Shown: positions 26,351 to 41,050, counted from the stretch's first letter. The stretch is DNA of 64,000 bases from the human T2T-CHM13v2.0 reference genome, Homo sapiens (GCF_009914755.1 NC_060942.1), one strand, 5' to 3'. Made by a program: numbers and translations. The notes: a model not told the origin generated them from the sequence alone.

Positions 26351-27391
26351 TTGCCTTCCTCACTCTTGTTGCTGAGCTCAATTTTATCGCCTTCATTTCT
26401 CAGCCTGATAACTTCCTCTAGGAAGCTTAACTTGGTCCCAGTCTCTTCCTACACAAATTGGAGATTAGGTTAGGGACCCCTCCTCGGTGCTCTCAAAGCA
26501 CAATGTCCTTTCCCTCGGCAGGTGCTTTTGAGACTGCATTCTGATTGCCTGAGATGCCCTCACACACACTGGACCACATAAGCTCTGTGAAGACAGAGGC
26601 CCAGGTCTCCCTCTCTCATCCAGTGCAGTGAAATGCTTATACCAATGAATATTCTATTTTTCAAGAGAAGACAAATCTAAGACCAAGTAGGAAAGTAGCA
26701 CGAAAGAAAAAAAAAAGCTCAAATTAAAGAATTTTCTCTGTTCTTTGCCTGCCCTCCTAGACTGAGACACCCTGCCTCCTCTGACCTTTTGGGCTCAGCT
26801 CTGTCAAGGCTCTGTACCTGCCTACATTACGAATGAAAATGGGTTTGGCTCTTGGGACCCCAGCTCCAGACAGACCTAGTGTGATACTGTTGCGTGCTGC
26901 ACCCTGGACAATTTATAAATTAATGAGAGAATTTTTCTTTTTTTCTTGAGGCAATTCCTTAGAGGAATATGTGTTCTGTCTGAATGACTGGCACTTCACA
27001 TTCTGAATCTAAATGCTTCTCTAGGTATTGAAATTTAAAAGGATTAGTGAACCCATTTACAAAATGCTGTATTTGGCATGTCAAAAATAAAAGAATATTA
27101 TTTGTTAAGAACTAATAGTTTCTTTCAAAAACGCACACTTCCACTTTGTAAAAACCTTTAGGGCTAACAAAGAATACTAATGAAGTGTGTGGATCAGAGA
27201 ATGATTTATTCAGAATTTTAGATTATCCTGTAAGGTTAGAATCCAACAGAAATTATTTACATATGTAATCTCTTAACCTATATTAACATAATAATGAGAA
27301 TGCATTTTATCAGTAGTTTATGCTTCCCAAACACATCTGGGATGTACCTAAGTCTCTCATGTGAGGGTTCTCTTCCAAATTTAACTTGTAA

Positions 27392-27726
<335 letters not shown>

Positions 27727-30589
27727 TCTCCCTGCTCCCATGTATTTATGTATATTAACATCAGTCAAAATTCCCCATCTCAAAAAAAAAACTTCTTAGT
27801 AAAAATATGCTTCGTCCATTTCCTTTCCATTTGCTTGAAATGTAAAGAATTCATTTTGTACTGGACCCCCAAAGGCAACTGGGAGAAGCGCATTTGAGAG
27901 ATTCCATTTGGGGTGATCCTGCAGGTCACACAAGCATCGGTGCTGTCATTTCTGACTCAAATGTCCTCTTCATGGCAGCCAGCCAACTTCCCTACAAAGG
28001 TCACTCTTGGGCAGGGATTGGGAAGCATTAAAGAGCTTTAAAAAAGAGAAGATAATTAAAAAATATCCAGTTCATTTTATAAAAGCCTACTAAAGTCTAA
28101 TAATAAAATGTCTAGATTATAAATTGTGGGATTATCTTTTGCAGCAAACTGTATTCCAAACAATATAAGGAAAATAAACTGCTTTATCTGCATTTAATCT
28201 CTACACAATATAAACTTTTCAATTATCCTGAAAGTACACAGGGATTAATTTTTTTATCTGAAAAAAATGCATTCTCTGACTGAACTATGCTCATAAAATG
28301 CTGTGCTATGTTTCGTCTTTAAAAATTAGGTCAAAATTTATTTGCTAAGAATGTTAACCCATTAATGACGGAGACCCTACAGTATCCCAATATCCTATCA
28401 CTGTCACAGAAAATGTGACATTTTAATTAACTGTAATGTTCTGAGAGTCAGGGTTCACTTGATAGTCATCTGCGTTTAATTTGAGTTCAAATTGTGTGAA
28501 CCTCCCTGTAGTGCTCCTGTTGGTATTATTAAAGGTGATCACATATTAAGGGAGTTTGGGGAGTTATTTGTAATGTCTCTTCTCAGTGTGAGAGCTTTTA
28601 TTTCTCATACATTCAAAAGGCACTCAAAAGGTTGGAAAAGAAAGGCCCTACCAAAACGTTCAACTCATGCTGCTTGTCCAGGTCATTTACAGGCAGAATA
28701 TGTAGACTTCTGCTGAAACTGTGCAACAGCCATGAAACACAAGAGTTGGACAGGAAAACGCTTGCAAGGCTGCGTTTCAAAGGACTCCCATATAGGCCTT
28801 CTTAATTCTGCAGCTCCTGCAGGAATCCCCCAGCACACAGGATGATACCATGGGAAACATTTTTTCTAAGTGAATGGGTATTCTTTAGAATACTCATTGT
28901 GGAAGCTATACCGTTACCCAAATGAGGCTGCTATTGTTCCACATATATTTAAAAATTAGCTCAGAAGAATATCGTTATGGAACAGCACACAAACCACATA
29001 ATAAAAACATCAGGTTCATGACTTTTATTTGCTCAGTTTTACAAATCCAAAACAATTCTGTTTGGCTTGATTGTTCTCATTATTCAGTACAGTTGGTTTT
29101 ATTGTGATCCCTCTTGTGTCTTTCCAGACCTCAAATTCCCTCTCCGATGGTGAATTTTTACTGTCTCTAAAAATATTCAAAAAAGAGTGTCAACAATCTG
29201 AGGGTCATCCCAGAAACTCCATGTCATGTTCTGAACCGAAACCTCTCCAGAGAAGCATGCCGCCACCCAAGGTGATTGTTTATAAAGGGACATTGCTTAG
29301 TTTGATGTGCAATTATAAGAGATAATTAAGAAACTAATTTGCCCAAATCTATAAAGGTAAATAAGTTGCAATATTGAGTGAGATTGGATGGAACTTCTAT
29401 AATTTCTAATGTTACCTAATATAGTTTATACCGTATCCCTAATGAGTTTGTTTTCCAATAGTACGGTGAGTAGATGATCCCAGCCACATAATGATACTTA
29501 ATTATTTTGGAGACCAATGCCTAAGATATTTGACATTATTGGAAAGAAAGTGCAGTTTCAGAATTTTCTCTGGCTTAGTGCACCAGTATTTCAGTTCTAA
29601 CAAAAGTGGTGAGATAAAGCAAACCAACAAGGAACGGGTAGATTCCACAAGGGTAGAACAGAACTTCATCAAAACCTTCTTTTCTCATAGATTAATAAAT
29701 CAGACTGTACAGAGTTGTCAAAATATCCTCTTTCACTGTTTCAAGCTGCCCTATCTGGGAAATTATTCATTATTATTATGATGGGTTCTTAAATTATCCA
29801 CATCTTTATTTCTGATTAGAAGTGAAGAAAAACTAAACTGCAAATGAAAGCAGAATTAGGTTTCAAAAAAAGAAGTTGGAAGATGCAAGGAAAGAGAAGC
29901 CGTTTTTTCCATGTTGGAAAGAGGAGTAGAGCAACTGCTGTAAGTGGCATGATTGAGAGGCGCGTGTGTGAGAATACACGCCTCCCCCCGGGGCCGCCGC
30001 TGTCTGGTTCCACATCCCGTGCCGTTGGATTTAGAGCCTTCAGGTCGCCCTGCTTGCTCCTGGCAAACACCCGACCCTGCAGTGCCATCTAGGTAGGAAA
30101 TGTTCCCACACAGCAACTCATTCTGCTTCCAGTCTCAGCTGCCGCTCTGCTGGCTCCTACCACAGTCTTGGCAGTCATGTCCTAAAACTATTTTTATATA
30201 CCGTATCACTTTTCGCGAATTTGTTTTTGAGGAAAAGTGCATACCTGGTGCTGAAGTTTGATCTGGCCAATAAATCATACCATATCTATGTGGGAATTTG
30301 GCTAGTAAACCCGGGAAGTGTACTAGCAATCCAGGAAAGAGCCTGAATAGGCTAGGGAGGTTCGTTGTGGGAGAAGGAATAAAGAAGAGATCAGGAGAAG
30401 GCACAAGGGTCCCCTCCCTGGGTCCTGGTGTGGATTGTGCAAATGTGTCCACCTGCTGAAAATGCGTCACACTTCACACAATTCACTTACCCTTTTTTTG
30501 TATATAGGGTATATTTCTCCTTAAATATGTTCTATGGTATCAGCATTTTCAAATATTTAGTAATAACAAAAGATAGGAACTCTCCTCCA

Positions 30590-31725
30590 AGAGAAAACTA
30601 AAGAGTTCCATTATAAAATATTAAAGAAGACTTATGGAAATACAATTATATCATGCTCTTGGCTGGGAATACTCAATATTGTAAAGATATCAAGTCACCC
30701 CAAATTCATTTGTACATTCAATACAGTTCCAGTCAATATTCCAAGCCATCGTGTGCACGTCTGTGTGTGTGTGTGTGTTTATGACTTGATCAGGCAATAT
30801 TTTATTCATTGGGAAAAAAAGGTAATAAAAATCCAAGACTGTTTTGAAGAAACAGAAAAACAAGAAGGTGGCCTTGCTGTCCCATATCGAGATTGGACAA
30901 CAGCATGTGATACTGCTGCAGAATGGAAGAGAAGCAGGGCTCTGCCTCAGTCCCAACCCTACATGGTCATTTGATAGAGGTTTGAGAGGTTTCACTTCAG
31001 AACAGTTTGGTAAATGATAGATTTTCAATAAGTCCATCATTAAATTAATGTATGATGCTGCTGTGGTTTGAATGTGTAACCCTTTCTGTAGAGATTTAAT
31101 AACCAAAGTAACAATATTAAGAGGTGGGACCCAAGGAGGTGATCAGGGCACGAAGGTTCTGCCCCAGCACATAGATTAATGCTGTTATTGTGGGAGTAGG
31201 TTCATTATCAATGAGACGTGTTCCTTATAAAAGGAGGAGTCCAGACCCCTCCTGCCGCCCTCTCACCCTCTCTTTGCCCTTCTGCCATGGGATGATGCAG
31301 CAAGAAGGCCCTTGCCAAATACCAGCTCCTTGATCTTGAACTTTCCAGCCTCCAGACCTGTGAGCCAATAAACGTCTGTTCTTTATAAATTACCCAGCCC
31401 ACGTATTCTGTTAAAGCAACACACCATGTACGAAAAGACATACTGTAATGTTTAAAAATGCATATAAAAAATAATTTTTTTTACAATTTACCCAGAAATT
31501 AACTCCAGATTGAGTATTGATCTTATATGAAAAGCAAAACATTAAAGCTTTTAGAAGATAGTATGTGAGGATTTCCTCACTATAACTTCTACCCAGGAAA
31601 AGATTTCTTAAACAAGATCTAAAAAGAAGCCACTAAATATAAAAGAAAAACATGATATGTTTTACTACATAAAAATCAAGAAATCCTGTTCCTCGAAAAA
31701 ATCTCAAATGAGTGAAAAGATGAGA
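30590..31725 (+). mobile_element. L1M ORF2 remnant, interrupted by an MST LTR
   Basis: ATACTCAATATTGTAAAGAT...CCCCAAATTCATTTGTACATTCAAT; AAAGATTTCTTAAACAAGA. Confidence 0.7.
31059..31440 (+). mobile_element. MaLR LTR, MSTD/MSTC
   Basis: TGCTGTGGTTTGAATG start; GCCATGGGATGATGCAGCAAGAAGGCCCT; AATAAA; TTTATAAATTACCCAG; AAGACA end. Confidence 0.85.
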
Positions 31726-31727
31726 GG

Positions 31728-31850
31728 CTTACAGGTGGAGAAACTGAGTTCCAAGAAGTTAAATAAGTTGCTTAAAATCACACAGCAGTAAAAGATGAGA
31801 CAAAGAGGCAAACCCAGCTCTCCAGCATTTCTGCTTTTCGCCCACACCTC
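31728..31850 (-). mobile_element. MIR fragment
   Basis: ACAGGTGGAGAAACTGAG...AAGTTAAATAAGTTGCTTAAAATCACACAGC. Confidence 0.65.
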
Positions 31851-32026
31851 AGAACTGTCACGAAGTTCCCTTTAAAAGAGCTGGGTTGTAACATTGGGTC
31901 CATCACATTTCACTATGTTTATTTAAAATCTACTGAGTGCTAGCAGCCTTAGAAATGGCGTTCTAATAAACTCAGCATCATGTTCAGACAGCTGATTCCT
32001 CAATTCCTTAGAAATTGATCCAACAC

Positions 32027-32347
<321 letters not shown>

Positions 32348-35300
32348 AATTGATCCAACACTATTTTCTTAAAACTCTCAAGATAGGCTTGTGCCACTGG
32401 TCCACAATGGCATACATAACATGTTTCTAAACTCTCATAAAAATTATTTTCTTCATTTTCAGTCAGGAGGCACTAAGATTGAAATTCATTTAAATTTGAT
32501 AAAGGAAGCCAATTTTTATCACCCTAGACTGTATCTTACAACATTCAGTACAGGGAGCACTATTTCCTGCATTAACCTTCAGTCAATGCAATCTTCACAT
32601 CCTGAGAAAGCCCATATCCACCACAAGAAATTATATTCGTTACAAATGCACTGACATGCTAAGGCAGATCTTTAAAACCAGCAACTCTGCAAACATACTG
32701 CAAGGGGAAAGAGGAAGAAAATGGGAAGAAAAAGAAGGTTGTGAGTTAATTCTTAATGGAGCAAGACTCTTATTCTTTGGGCATATTTTTAAAATTGTAT
32801 AACAATACCAAACATGTTCAAGCAGAGACAATCAGTTTTATTCACAAAGATAACCCATAAATCAGTTACAGTGTGTTTGGAGGAGTCAGTGAGGGAGTGC
32901 TTCAGGAATCAGCCTTTATTGTCTGTGCCTGACTCTGCCTGAAGTTAGTAATAATATGGAAAGGCCTTTTGTGCATGTGAAAGAAAATGAACATCTTGAT
33001 TACTAACCAATGCATGTCTACCTTGGAGATGCCTAGGATTAGATTTAACACAAAGATAATATCAGAATACAATGGAATTCATGTAGAGGGGCAAAAAGAT
33101 AGTTAAGTAGGAAAGAATTTAAGAAAAAAAATGCAACAGAAATGATGACATCAGACTTTTGGATACATTTTTACAGTCTGAATTTCGAAAGGAGTGTTTC
33201 CTCTGCAGCTTTATGAAAAACATATTGTGCAAATGTTGATATAACAAGGGACAATTTTATTAACGGTGACACCAGAAGTAATTCTGGAACTTCTGTTTCC
33301 TGACAAGATGAGTACATACTTACCCCACTCCCTTTTCCAGGAAAGTAGGTAGATATCATACCACTTTCTCCATGTGTATTCAATTTGGGTGTTTCCAGCA
33401 GCAGAGTTTAGTTGTTGAGTTACATGTATATATTTCTGATTTCGAGCTGGACACTTAGGTTTATGAAAACCTGTCTACCCCAGGGCTTAGTGTTTAGATA
33501 CAATGAGACATGATTGTCAGATATGAGAAGCTGGGGACAACGGAAGCCAGATTGCAGAGCTACAACAGGGTCCCTCAATATAAAATTTTGTGACAAGTCA
33601 AGAAACCTTTGGCATATAAGATCGGGAGTTATTCCTGGGTACAGCGATACCAGGCTTTTCCCAACCCATTCATTTGGCAGAATATTTCTAGACATGGGGT
33701 AATGAGGTGACTGTGTCACTGCGGGACACACCATGATTAAATGTAATACAGAAGGAAGGATTCTTCTCCCATCATGGAAGTGTTGTGGCTTGGGAGGATC
33801 ATTGAATACGTTACACAGGAAAAAGGGCAGCAGTAGCATCCAGGGTGGGAGAAAGAGTTGGCTGGATCAAAGCGGTGATCGTGCACTAGACCAGTTGGTT
33901 GACCTGAGCACCAACTACTGCCCAGTGTTCCTGCAAAGTTCAAACTCCCATGGCAACGCTGGTGGCAGAAGCACCTGCAGCAACCCAGACCATCAAGTCT
34001 GGGTCACTTATTTGAAATGTGACTTTGTGTGATGTTTAAAACTTGGGCTTAGCTAGCCATACCTAGTGGTACATGAAAGAGCTACATTATGAGATGCTCA
34101 ATACTTTAGAGCTCAAACCAGAACCTTCTGTACCACAAATGATCATAATGCCAAAGGGCATTTCTACTTTCCAAGAGAGATTAACCAATAAGTGACAAGG
34201 GGGTAATTTCTCAAAGAAAATGAGCTTAAAGCTTGGGACAGAGTGCTTCTAAATACAGATATGAGTCTCAAAGGATGCTCATGGCACATAAAACACAGGA
34301 CTTTTCACAGTCGGGGATGGGGGAGGTCGGGTCTCAGGAAATCAAATTTTGAATACCTGTGTTCACCAACTGGTGAAGCCGAGAACTTCAGGGTCAGCAG
34401 GTTGGGGAAAGCATGCTATTTATGTGTGGTGAGCCCATTTTCACTAGGGAACCCTCCCATCCCTAGGGCAGAACAGAGACACCAGGACACCTTGCCATTC
34501 TTCTCACAGAAAATGGCCACAGATACGTGTGTTCCAGAGGCTGCCCCAAGCACCTGGCTTTCTGTCTCTGACCATCCACTGGCATCTGCAGACTTCTGCA
34601 TGTTACTGCTTTTCCTCCCTCCAACACAAGAAATTTGTGGACAGATTGTTATTGCCCTCCAATAGTAGATGTATAGACACACAATTCTTCTTATTTCACA
34701 TACAAGAAGTGCTTTTTAGAACCAACACTATTCAAAAATAAAAAGTGCTTTTTGAATATTAGAGAGAAAGAGACAGAGAGAGACAGAGAGAATATGAACT
34801 CTTCTGTTCTCAGTAAATCTCAAAATAGAAAAGCAACCTTACCCAAGTTTACCATCTGCTGGCTGGTGACCCACACATAAACAGATGGCATTATTGTTCT
34901 TGCGTCTGGAATCCAGTAGATATTCACATCACAAGAGCTATGGGCACTCCAGGTAGAGGAGATAAATACAGGCTGTCTACTGGTCCCCTCCTGTTCAGAA
35001 TCTTTGCCTTCCAGTGAACATAGAACATTTGATGGAGAAAGTAAAACTTACCCATATATATTCTGCACATGTTTTATGGGCGAAATTATAGACTCTAATT
35101 TGAAGTAATAAAAATCCAACCTTTTCTGAAAGGTCTAAATTCAACAAGGCTGATGAGAGAAGTATAGTCTTGCAGAGGAAAAAAATCAATCTGACGAGCA
35201 ATAAAAGCTTTGCCACAGAATATCTATCTAGATTATTATTTAATTAAAAATAGAATTTGCTTTAAACTACAGACTCTTTTGTTCATTCCAGTGATCATTT

Positions 35301-35879
35301 GAAGTCTGAATGCAGGAATCTTCTTATTCTCCCAAGTTCTTTACACTCCCCTCCCCCTTTTCGGCATTTCATTAAAATCCCTGAGGCATTTGACGCTCCC
35401 TCTGCACCTGCCTGACAAACCAACCCTACCCAGGACAAAGGGTCTTCAGGAACACCTCCTGGAGTTGCAGACCTTCTTTTTCCATTACAACAAAACTTCT
35501 CTCTCCTCTAGGCCCACATGGTGGTTAAGCCCAAACTGATACGCGGTTTACAATAGAGCATTCCTGATGTGTAATGGCGACGTGGGTTAATTGCTTAGAG
35601 AGTATTTGTTTGTATTTTTCTTGAACATTATTGTTCAATGTGCGCCAATGACTCTGAAGTCACTCAGTCTGCCCTCAGATTCCACACAGGTATAGGACCT
35701 CAGCATTTGATCAGGCAGTCGTTTCTTCATGTTAGGCTGCCAGGTGTTAGAAATATTGGGTTGATAACTTATTTTTTATTAATATTTGTTTTATTTATGG
35801 TATTACTTACTAGTAATTGTAAACATTAAATAGTTAAAGAGCCCTAAGAAGATTATAACAACAACAAGAAAGCAGCATT

Positions 35880-38175
35880 CTTTGTCTCCTGAGTGTCCAC
35901 TTTATTCTTTTCTCCCGGAGGAAACCACATTCAGCATTTTCTGCTGTTACCTCCTCTGATATTTCCAAATGACATATATATATACAAAAATTATTTTTTT
36001 CCATAATTGTATACAGTATCAACACAACATTTCATAAATTGTGGATTTTAGTGTATTTGGATGCTCTTTTTTCTCTTTAAACTTTCAATATAATTTTATT
36101 TTTAATTAACCCAAAATTAATACTTATATTGTTATATACACATAATGATGTATTGCCAGTCAAAATGTTTATATTTTCATTTTTATGCCACTTTTGTTTT
36201 GCCTACATTTTGCCTACATTGCCTACATTTAATATGGGTATCATTTTATCTTTTTTAATTTTTTTGAATATTTACTGTCGACATCCTGTGACACTATTCT
36301 TTCACATGATCAAATGTATCAGAATATTCATCAATTCCATTTTCTTTCCATTTCTCCCATTGACTTCAATCTGGACTGGCTGCTTTCTGGGCAGCTGCAC
36401 GGCTGTTGACCTGAAATTTGCTTTGCTCTCATTAACAATTCCATTTCCATCTCTTCTATGTTGTATTCTCTGTTCCCTAGAGCCCACATCTATCTCTTTC
36501 TTAGATTTTCCACCCTTTGTTTGGTTGAAATACATCTTCCAGCAGCTTCCTGAGAAAAGATGCACAAAAAGTAAATTCTTGACATTTTTTACACCTCAAC
36601 GTTTTTTTATTCCATCCTCAGTCCTGAAAGGCAATTTATTTAAGTCTGGAAGTTTAGGTTGAAGATAAGAATTTTGAAACTGTTCTTACTTTATCTCCTA
36701 GATTCCAGTGTTACTTTTAAGAAATCAGATGTCTTTCATTTCCAGGGTTTTTGACCTGTCTCTCTCCTCTGGAAGTTTTTCAGACCTTTTTCTAATCATT
36801 GTTCTGAAATATATAGTAATATGACCTGGGATGGCTCTTTTACTCATTGTGCTGGACATTTATTGAGTTATTTCATTATGGAAATAAGCTATCTTTGATT
36901 CTAGGAAATATTCTATTACTTGTTTGATAATTTTTTGTATAATTTTCTGTTTACTCTTTCTGGAGCTCCTCTTAGATATTTGGACCACCTGTATTGAACC
37001 TCCATTTCTCTTACCTTTTCTCTCCAATGTCTCTTTCTATTTCTTTTTACTCTAAAACCTGAACACTTTTATTGAATATTACATTTAGGCTTTTCCAAAT
37101 TTTTAAGAGTTCTCCTTTGTTGTTTGAATGTTCAAAAAACATCTTCTTTCTTCATGAATGGATTATCTTTTTCATCTTTCCAAGGGCATTAATTATGATC
37201 TTTCTGAAAATTGTTTGTCTCACAATGTTCTGAGTTTCTTTTTCCGTTGATTTGGTTTTTGATTTAGACATTTTCTTCCATCACCCCTTGCATATCTGAC
37301 GATCCTTGTTTTTCTTTTTATACTTAAAGATGGAGCACCAACATGCTGACTGGAAGTTGCTGGGGCAGGCAGAGTTGTAGGTCAGTGGACAACTGTGTGG
37401 CACACAGGAGTGACTTTTATTAGGGACAAGTCATCAATATCTAAGACTTTTCTCTGGAATGTTTCATCCTCTCCAGAGGAGGATGTCCCTACCTCTTACC
37501 TAGAGAAGCATCATCCGACTATTTTCTGGCACTGGGTGGAGAAAGAAAATGCAGACTGTACTTAATGCCCCCATTGTCCTTCGGTTCTTCTCACCAACCC
37601 ACAGCTATTCCTGAGATGACTGTGGGATCACCACACCCTCCATGACCCTGCTTGCCACGTGCCTCTTTCCAAGGCTGGGATGGCAACCAGCTTGTTACTG
37701 TAACACCCACCCACACGGCCACCTGACATGTACAGTTCGTTTTAAGTTTCATCAATGGTAGATCTTGTGTTTTCTGTTTCTGTTTCTTTCTTTTTTTTTT
37801 CTTTGACAGTCTCGCTCTTGTCACCCAGGTTGGAGTGCAGTGGCATGATCTTGGCTCACTGCAAGCTCTGCCTCCCAAGTTCAAGCTATTCTTGTGCTTC
37901 AGCCTCCTAAGTACAGGCATGCATCATCACACCTGGTTATTTTTTATTTATGTATTTTTATTTTTTGTAGAAATAGGGTTTCGCTATGTTGGCCAGGATG
38001 GTCTCAAACTCATGGCCTCAAGTGATCTGCTCTCCTCCTCAGCCTTCCAGAGTGCTGGGATTACAGGCGTGAGCCACTGCACCCAGCCCTGTTTTGTTTC
38101 TTCTTGTATTTTGGAATGATTTTTGAGAAAAGAAAAGAAAGATAAAAAATATCTTTACTGTACCACATTGAAACC
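35880..38175 (-). mobile_element. HAL1 (Half-L1) element, interrupted by an Alu
   Basis: ACATCTTCCAGCAGCTTCCTGAGAAAAGATGCA...GTAAATT...TAGGTTGAA...AGAATTTTGAA...TAGATTCCAGTGTT match the recalled HAL1 antisense sequence; boundaries approximate. Confidence 0.68.
37772..38088 (-). mobile_element. Old Alu (AluJ/Sz) with a small internal deletion
   Basis: Dimer with CTCATGGCCTCAAGTGATC; AGCTGGGA(C/T)T block missing. Confidence 0.85.
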
Positions 38176-39841
38176 TTAAGGCAACGTAATTTTTATTTAC
38201 GTTTGTCTTTTTAAGTCAGTATAAAATTTGTTATTAATCATAACCTACTACCTTTTTCTTCTCCTAAAGAAGCAAATACATGGCCTTCTTGGTGTAAATA
38301 TTGATTACATCTAAGTATTCAAAGGTTCAGGGCTATACATCATTTTATTAATTGGAGCTAAAGGAAAAATTCCTTAAGTAACACCTGTTCCCAGGCCAGC
38401 TTGTTACCATCAAAATAAAAAATATAATATTTATCTAGTGGATGTTTCCATAAAGAACATTCAGAAAATTTCTGACTGACCTTTAAACCTGTGTGAAAAA
38501 TTTGGGTCTAGTTTTACTGGAATGTCTGTTTTAAAATGGCTCATTTATTTAACAATAATTCCATTTTCCACTCCCATCACCGAGCAGCCCTGGCTCTTTA
38601 TATCTGTGATGTGTGAAAGTGTGACTTCTGCTGAGTGAAGGCTGGAGCTCCCATCACAGGCGCGGAGTAACATTGTAACCAAATGAGTGACAATATCTAA
38701 AGTTCACAGTTTAGAGCTGTGTTCCTCTGTGAGAATTTCAGACTCCTGACAAATAGTTTTTAATCATGAATTTTATTTGAAAGTCTAGGATATAATCAGA
38801 TTTGTACTTTAGATCATAATATACATTTTTTAGAAGAGATTATTTTTAAATCCTAAATCTCCCATGCACCTCTAATTCATGTAACAGCAATGCCACACTA
38901 TGGCCAGGAAAAAACACTCAAAAAAAGTGATGTTGAGGAGAAATGGAGAGATGGAGTCACTGCAGCGAGTTCAATACAGCTTCTCAAGCTTTACTGCAGG
39001 AATCATAACAAAGTAATTTATATTTCAGCTTTTCACACACAAAAAATAAAAAATAAAATAAAAGTTTTCTAAGCTCTCTCCTTTCAGCCAGAAATCTATG
39101 CGACTCCAAACATGGAAAATATTTTAACTGAGAAAAATTTGCTATTCTTTACTTGTTTTAAGATAAATTAAAATACTTTGGTAGCCATGCAATTATTCTT
39201 GAGATTTCCCTCAGTAATTAAGCAAAATATAGGCTTTAAATGAAATGATGTAAAGGTAATAAACAGTGTATTATAAATGTGAACTCATTACATTTTCAGT
39301 GTGTCTATCCATTTAAGATGTGAAAAATATATGTTATGAGATAAATGAATAATAGCTATGTCAAGGAGTCATAACATAATCAAATATATTTCAAAATGAG
39401 AAATTCAAATGTGTATTATAATCTGTATCCTAAAAACATCTACTAAGGCTATTCCTTTAATATATAGTTTCTATTTTGTTCCCCTTCTACTTTTATTCTA
39501 CTTTTTTATTGTCTTCTAGGCAAGGGCAAGTGCTGGCAGGATCAGCTCAACTGCGGGCAGAGCAAGAGGAGCCTAAACTCACAACCTCCTCCCAAGGACT
39601 TAACACTATTTGTCAGTTCTCAGGACTATGAGCCTTCCAAAAGAAAACATTAGGCCATTGTCACTTTCAAACACAATATCCCCATATTTTGGAGGAAATG
39701 GGGCAAGCAGGTAAATATGGAGCCTTTGGGGAAAAAAAAGGAAAGAGAAGAGAATGTATTAACTATGGGGTATTAAAATATAGAAATCCACATTTTTACC
39801 CTGCTTCCTAAGAGATTCCGGTACAGATGGCATGAAAACCA

Positions 39842-40246
39842 TGTATTAGTTCATTCTCACACTGCTATAAAGAAATACTTGAGACTGGGTGATTTATAAA
39901 GAAAAGAGGTTTAATTGGCTCATGGTTCTGCCAGATGGACAGGAAGCATGGCTGGGGAGGCCTCAGGAAACTGACAATCATGGCTGAAGGGGAAGGGGAA
40001 GCAGGCACATCTTACATGGCCATAGCAGGAGGAAGAGCGGCGGGGACGGGGGGAGGTGCTACATGCTTTTAAACACTCGTATCTCAGGGGAACATTTACC
40101 GCAAGAACAGCAAGCACCAGGGATGGTTGCTAAACCATCTGAAACTGCCGCCTGATCCAACCACCTCCCAGCAGGCCCCACTCCCAGCACCGGGAATCAC
40201 AATTTGACATGAGATTTGAGTGGAAACACAGATCCAAACCATATCT
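39842..40246 (-). mobile_element. MaLR LTR, MSTA
   Basis: TGTATTAGT...AAAGAAAAGAGGTTTAATTGGCTCATGGTTCTG...GAGGCCTCAGGAAACT...CAGATCCAAACCATATC; 5-bp TSD AACCA/TACCA. Confidence 0.9.
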
Positions 40247-41050
40247 TACCAATTTTGAAAAATACTGGAAGATGGGAAATATGGAATTAAAGAAACATAA
40301 GATGAAAGAAAAGAGTTTGAAGTGATGAAAGATGGAATGAGGCAGCTGGACACATGGGTTAAGAGGAGGAAAAGTAGGAAAGGAGGAGGGGAAAAATAGA
40401 CATTTGATGTGGTAGAAAAAAAAACAGATGGAAATGGAGATGTCATAATAAAAATAAAATTCAATGTTTCACAATGCTTTTTGGCCCAGCATACCTGCTC
40501 TTTATTTATTATGCAACATTTTGACCTAAGCATTGTATTACCGACCTAGAAGATATTAAACTGTATCTACTGACTAACCACACAAATGCTTGACCCATAA
40601 CCCATTCTCTAAGCAGTTTTCTCTTGTGTAATAATCTTCTCTACTGAAATATAAACAATTTTTTAATTCTAATGGAATTAATGGCAAGTGAACAAAAGAA
40701 ACATCAAATTATAAAAACTTTAGCATTGCTAAGTGCAATTGTTAAAATGACTTTATCTTGATATTGATAGCTGTTATTTTTTATATTTAGTTTTAATATG
40801 TAAATCTCTAGTGATTTCTACAACCATAGAATATCAGGGTTAATGCTGAAGAATGCCAGCCCCACTGCCCAGCCTGCAATAGCACTCAACAGCACAAGCA
40901 TCTGAGCCCAAGCTGAGCACAGCACATCCACACATCTCAGATGCCTCCCCTGAACCCCTAGGTGCTCTCCCTGCACCCAAAAGACTAGCCCAGATACTGC
41001 CTGTCAACCACAGAGAGACACACAGATTTTGATTCCCCAGCAGGAAACAT

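Noticed and set aside
28354-28375. TTAACCCATT, resembling a piggyBac (MER75/MER85) end
   Set aside because: No matching opposite terminus or element body seen
30077-30097. CTCF-like motif (minus strand CCTACCTAGATGGCACTG)
   Set aside because: The 3' half fits, but the highly informative CCA positions are mismatched
33420-34032. Possible endogenous bornavirus-like or retroviral coding relic
   Set aside because: Manual translation showed no convincing match to recalled bornavirus N/G or retroviral motifs
36129-36662. 177-aa hydrophobic ORF resembling a membrane protein
   Set aside because: T-rich antisense strand of HAL1/L1 gives Phe/Leu/Ile bias
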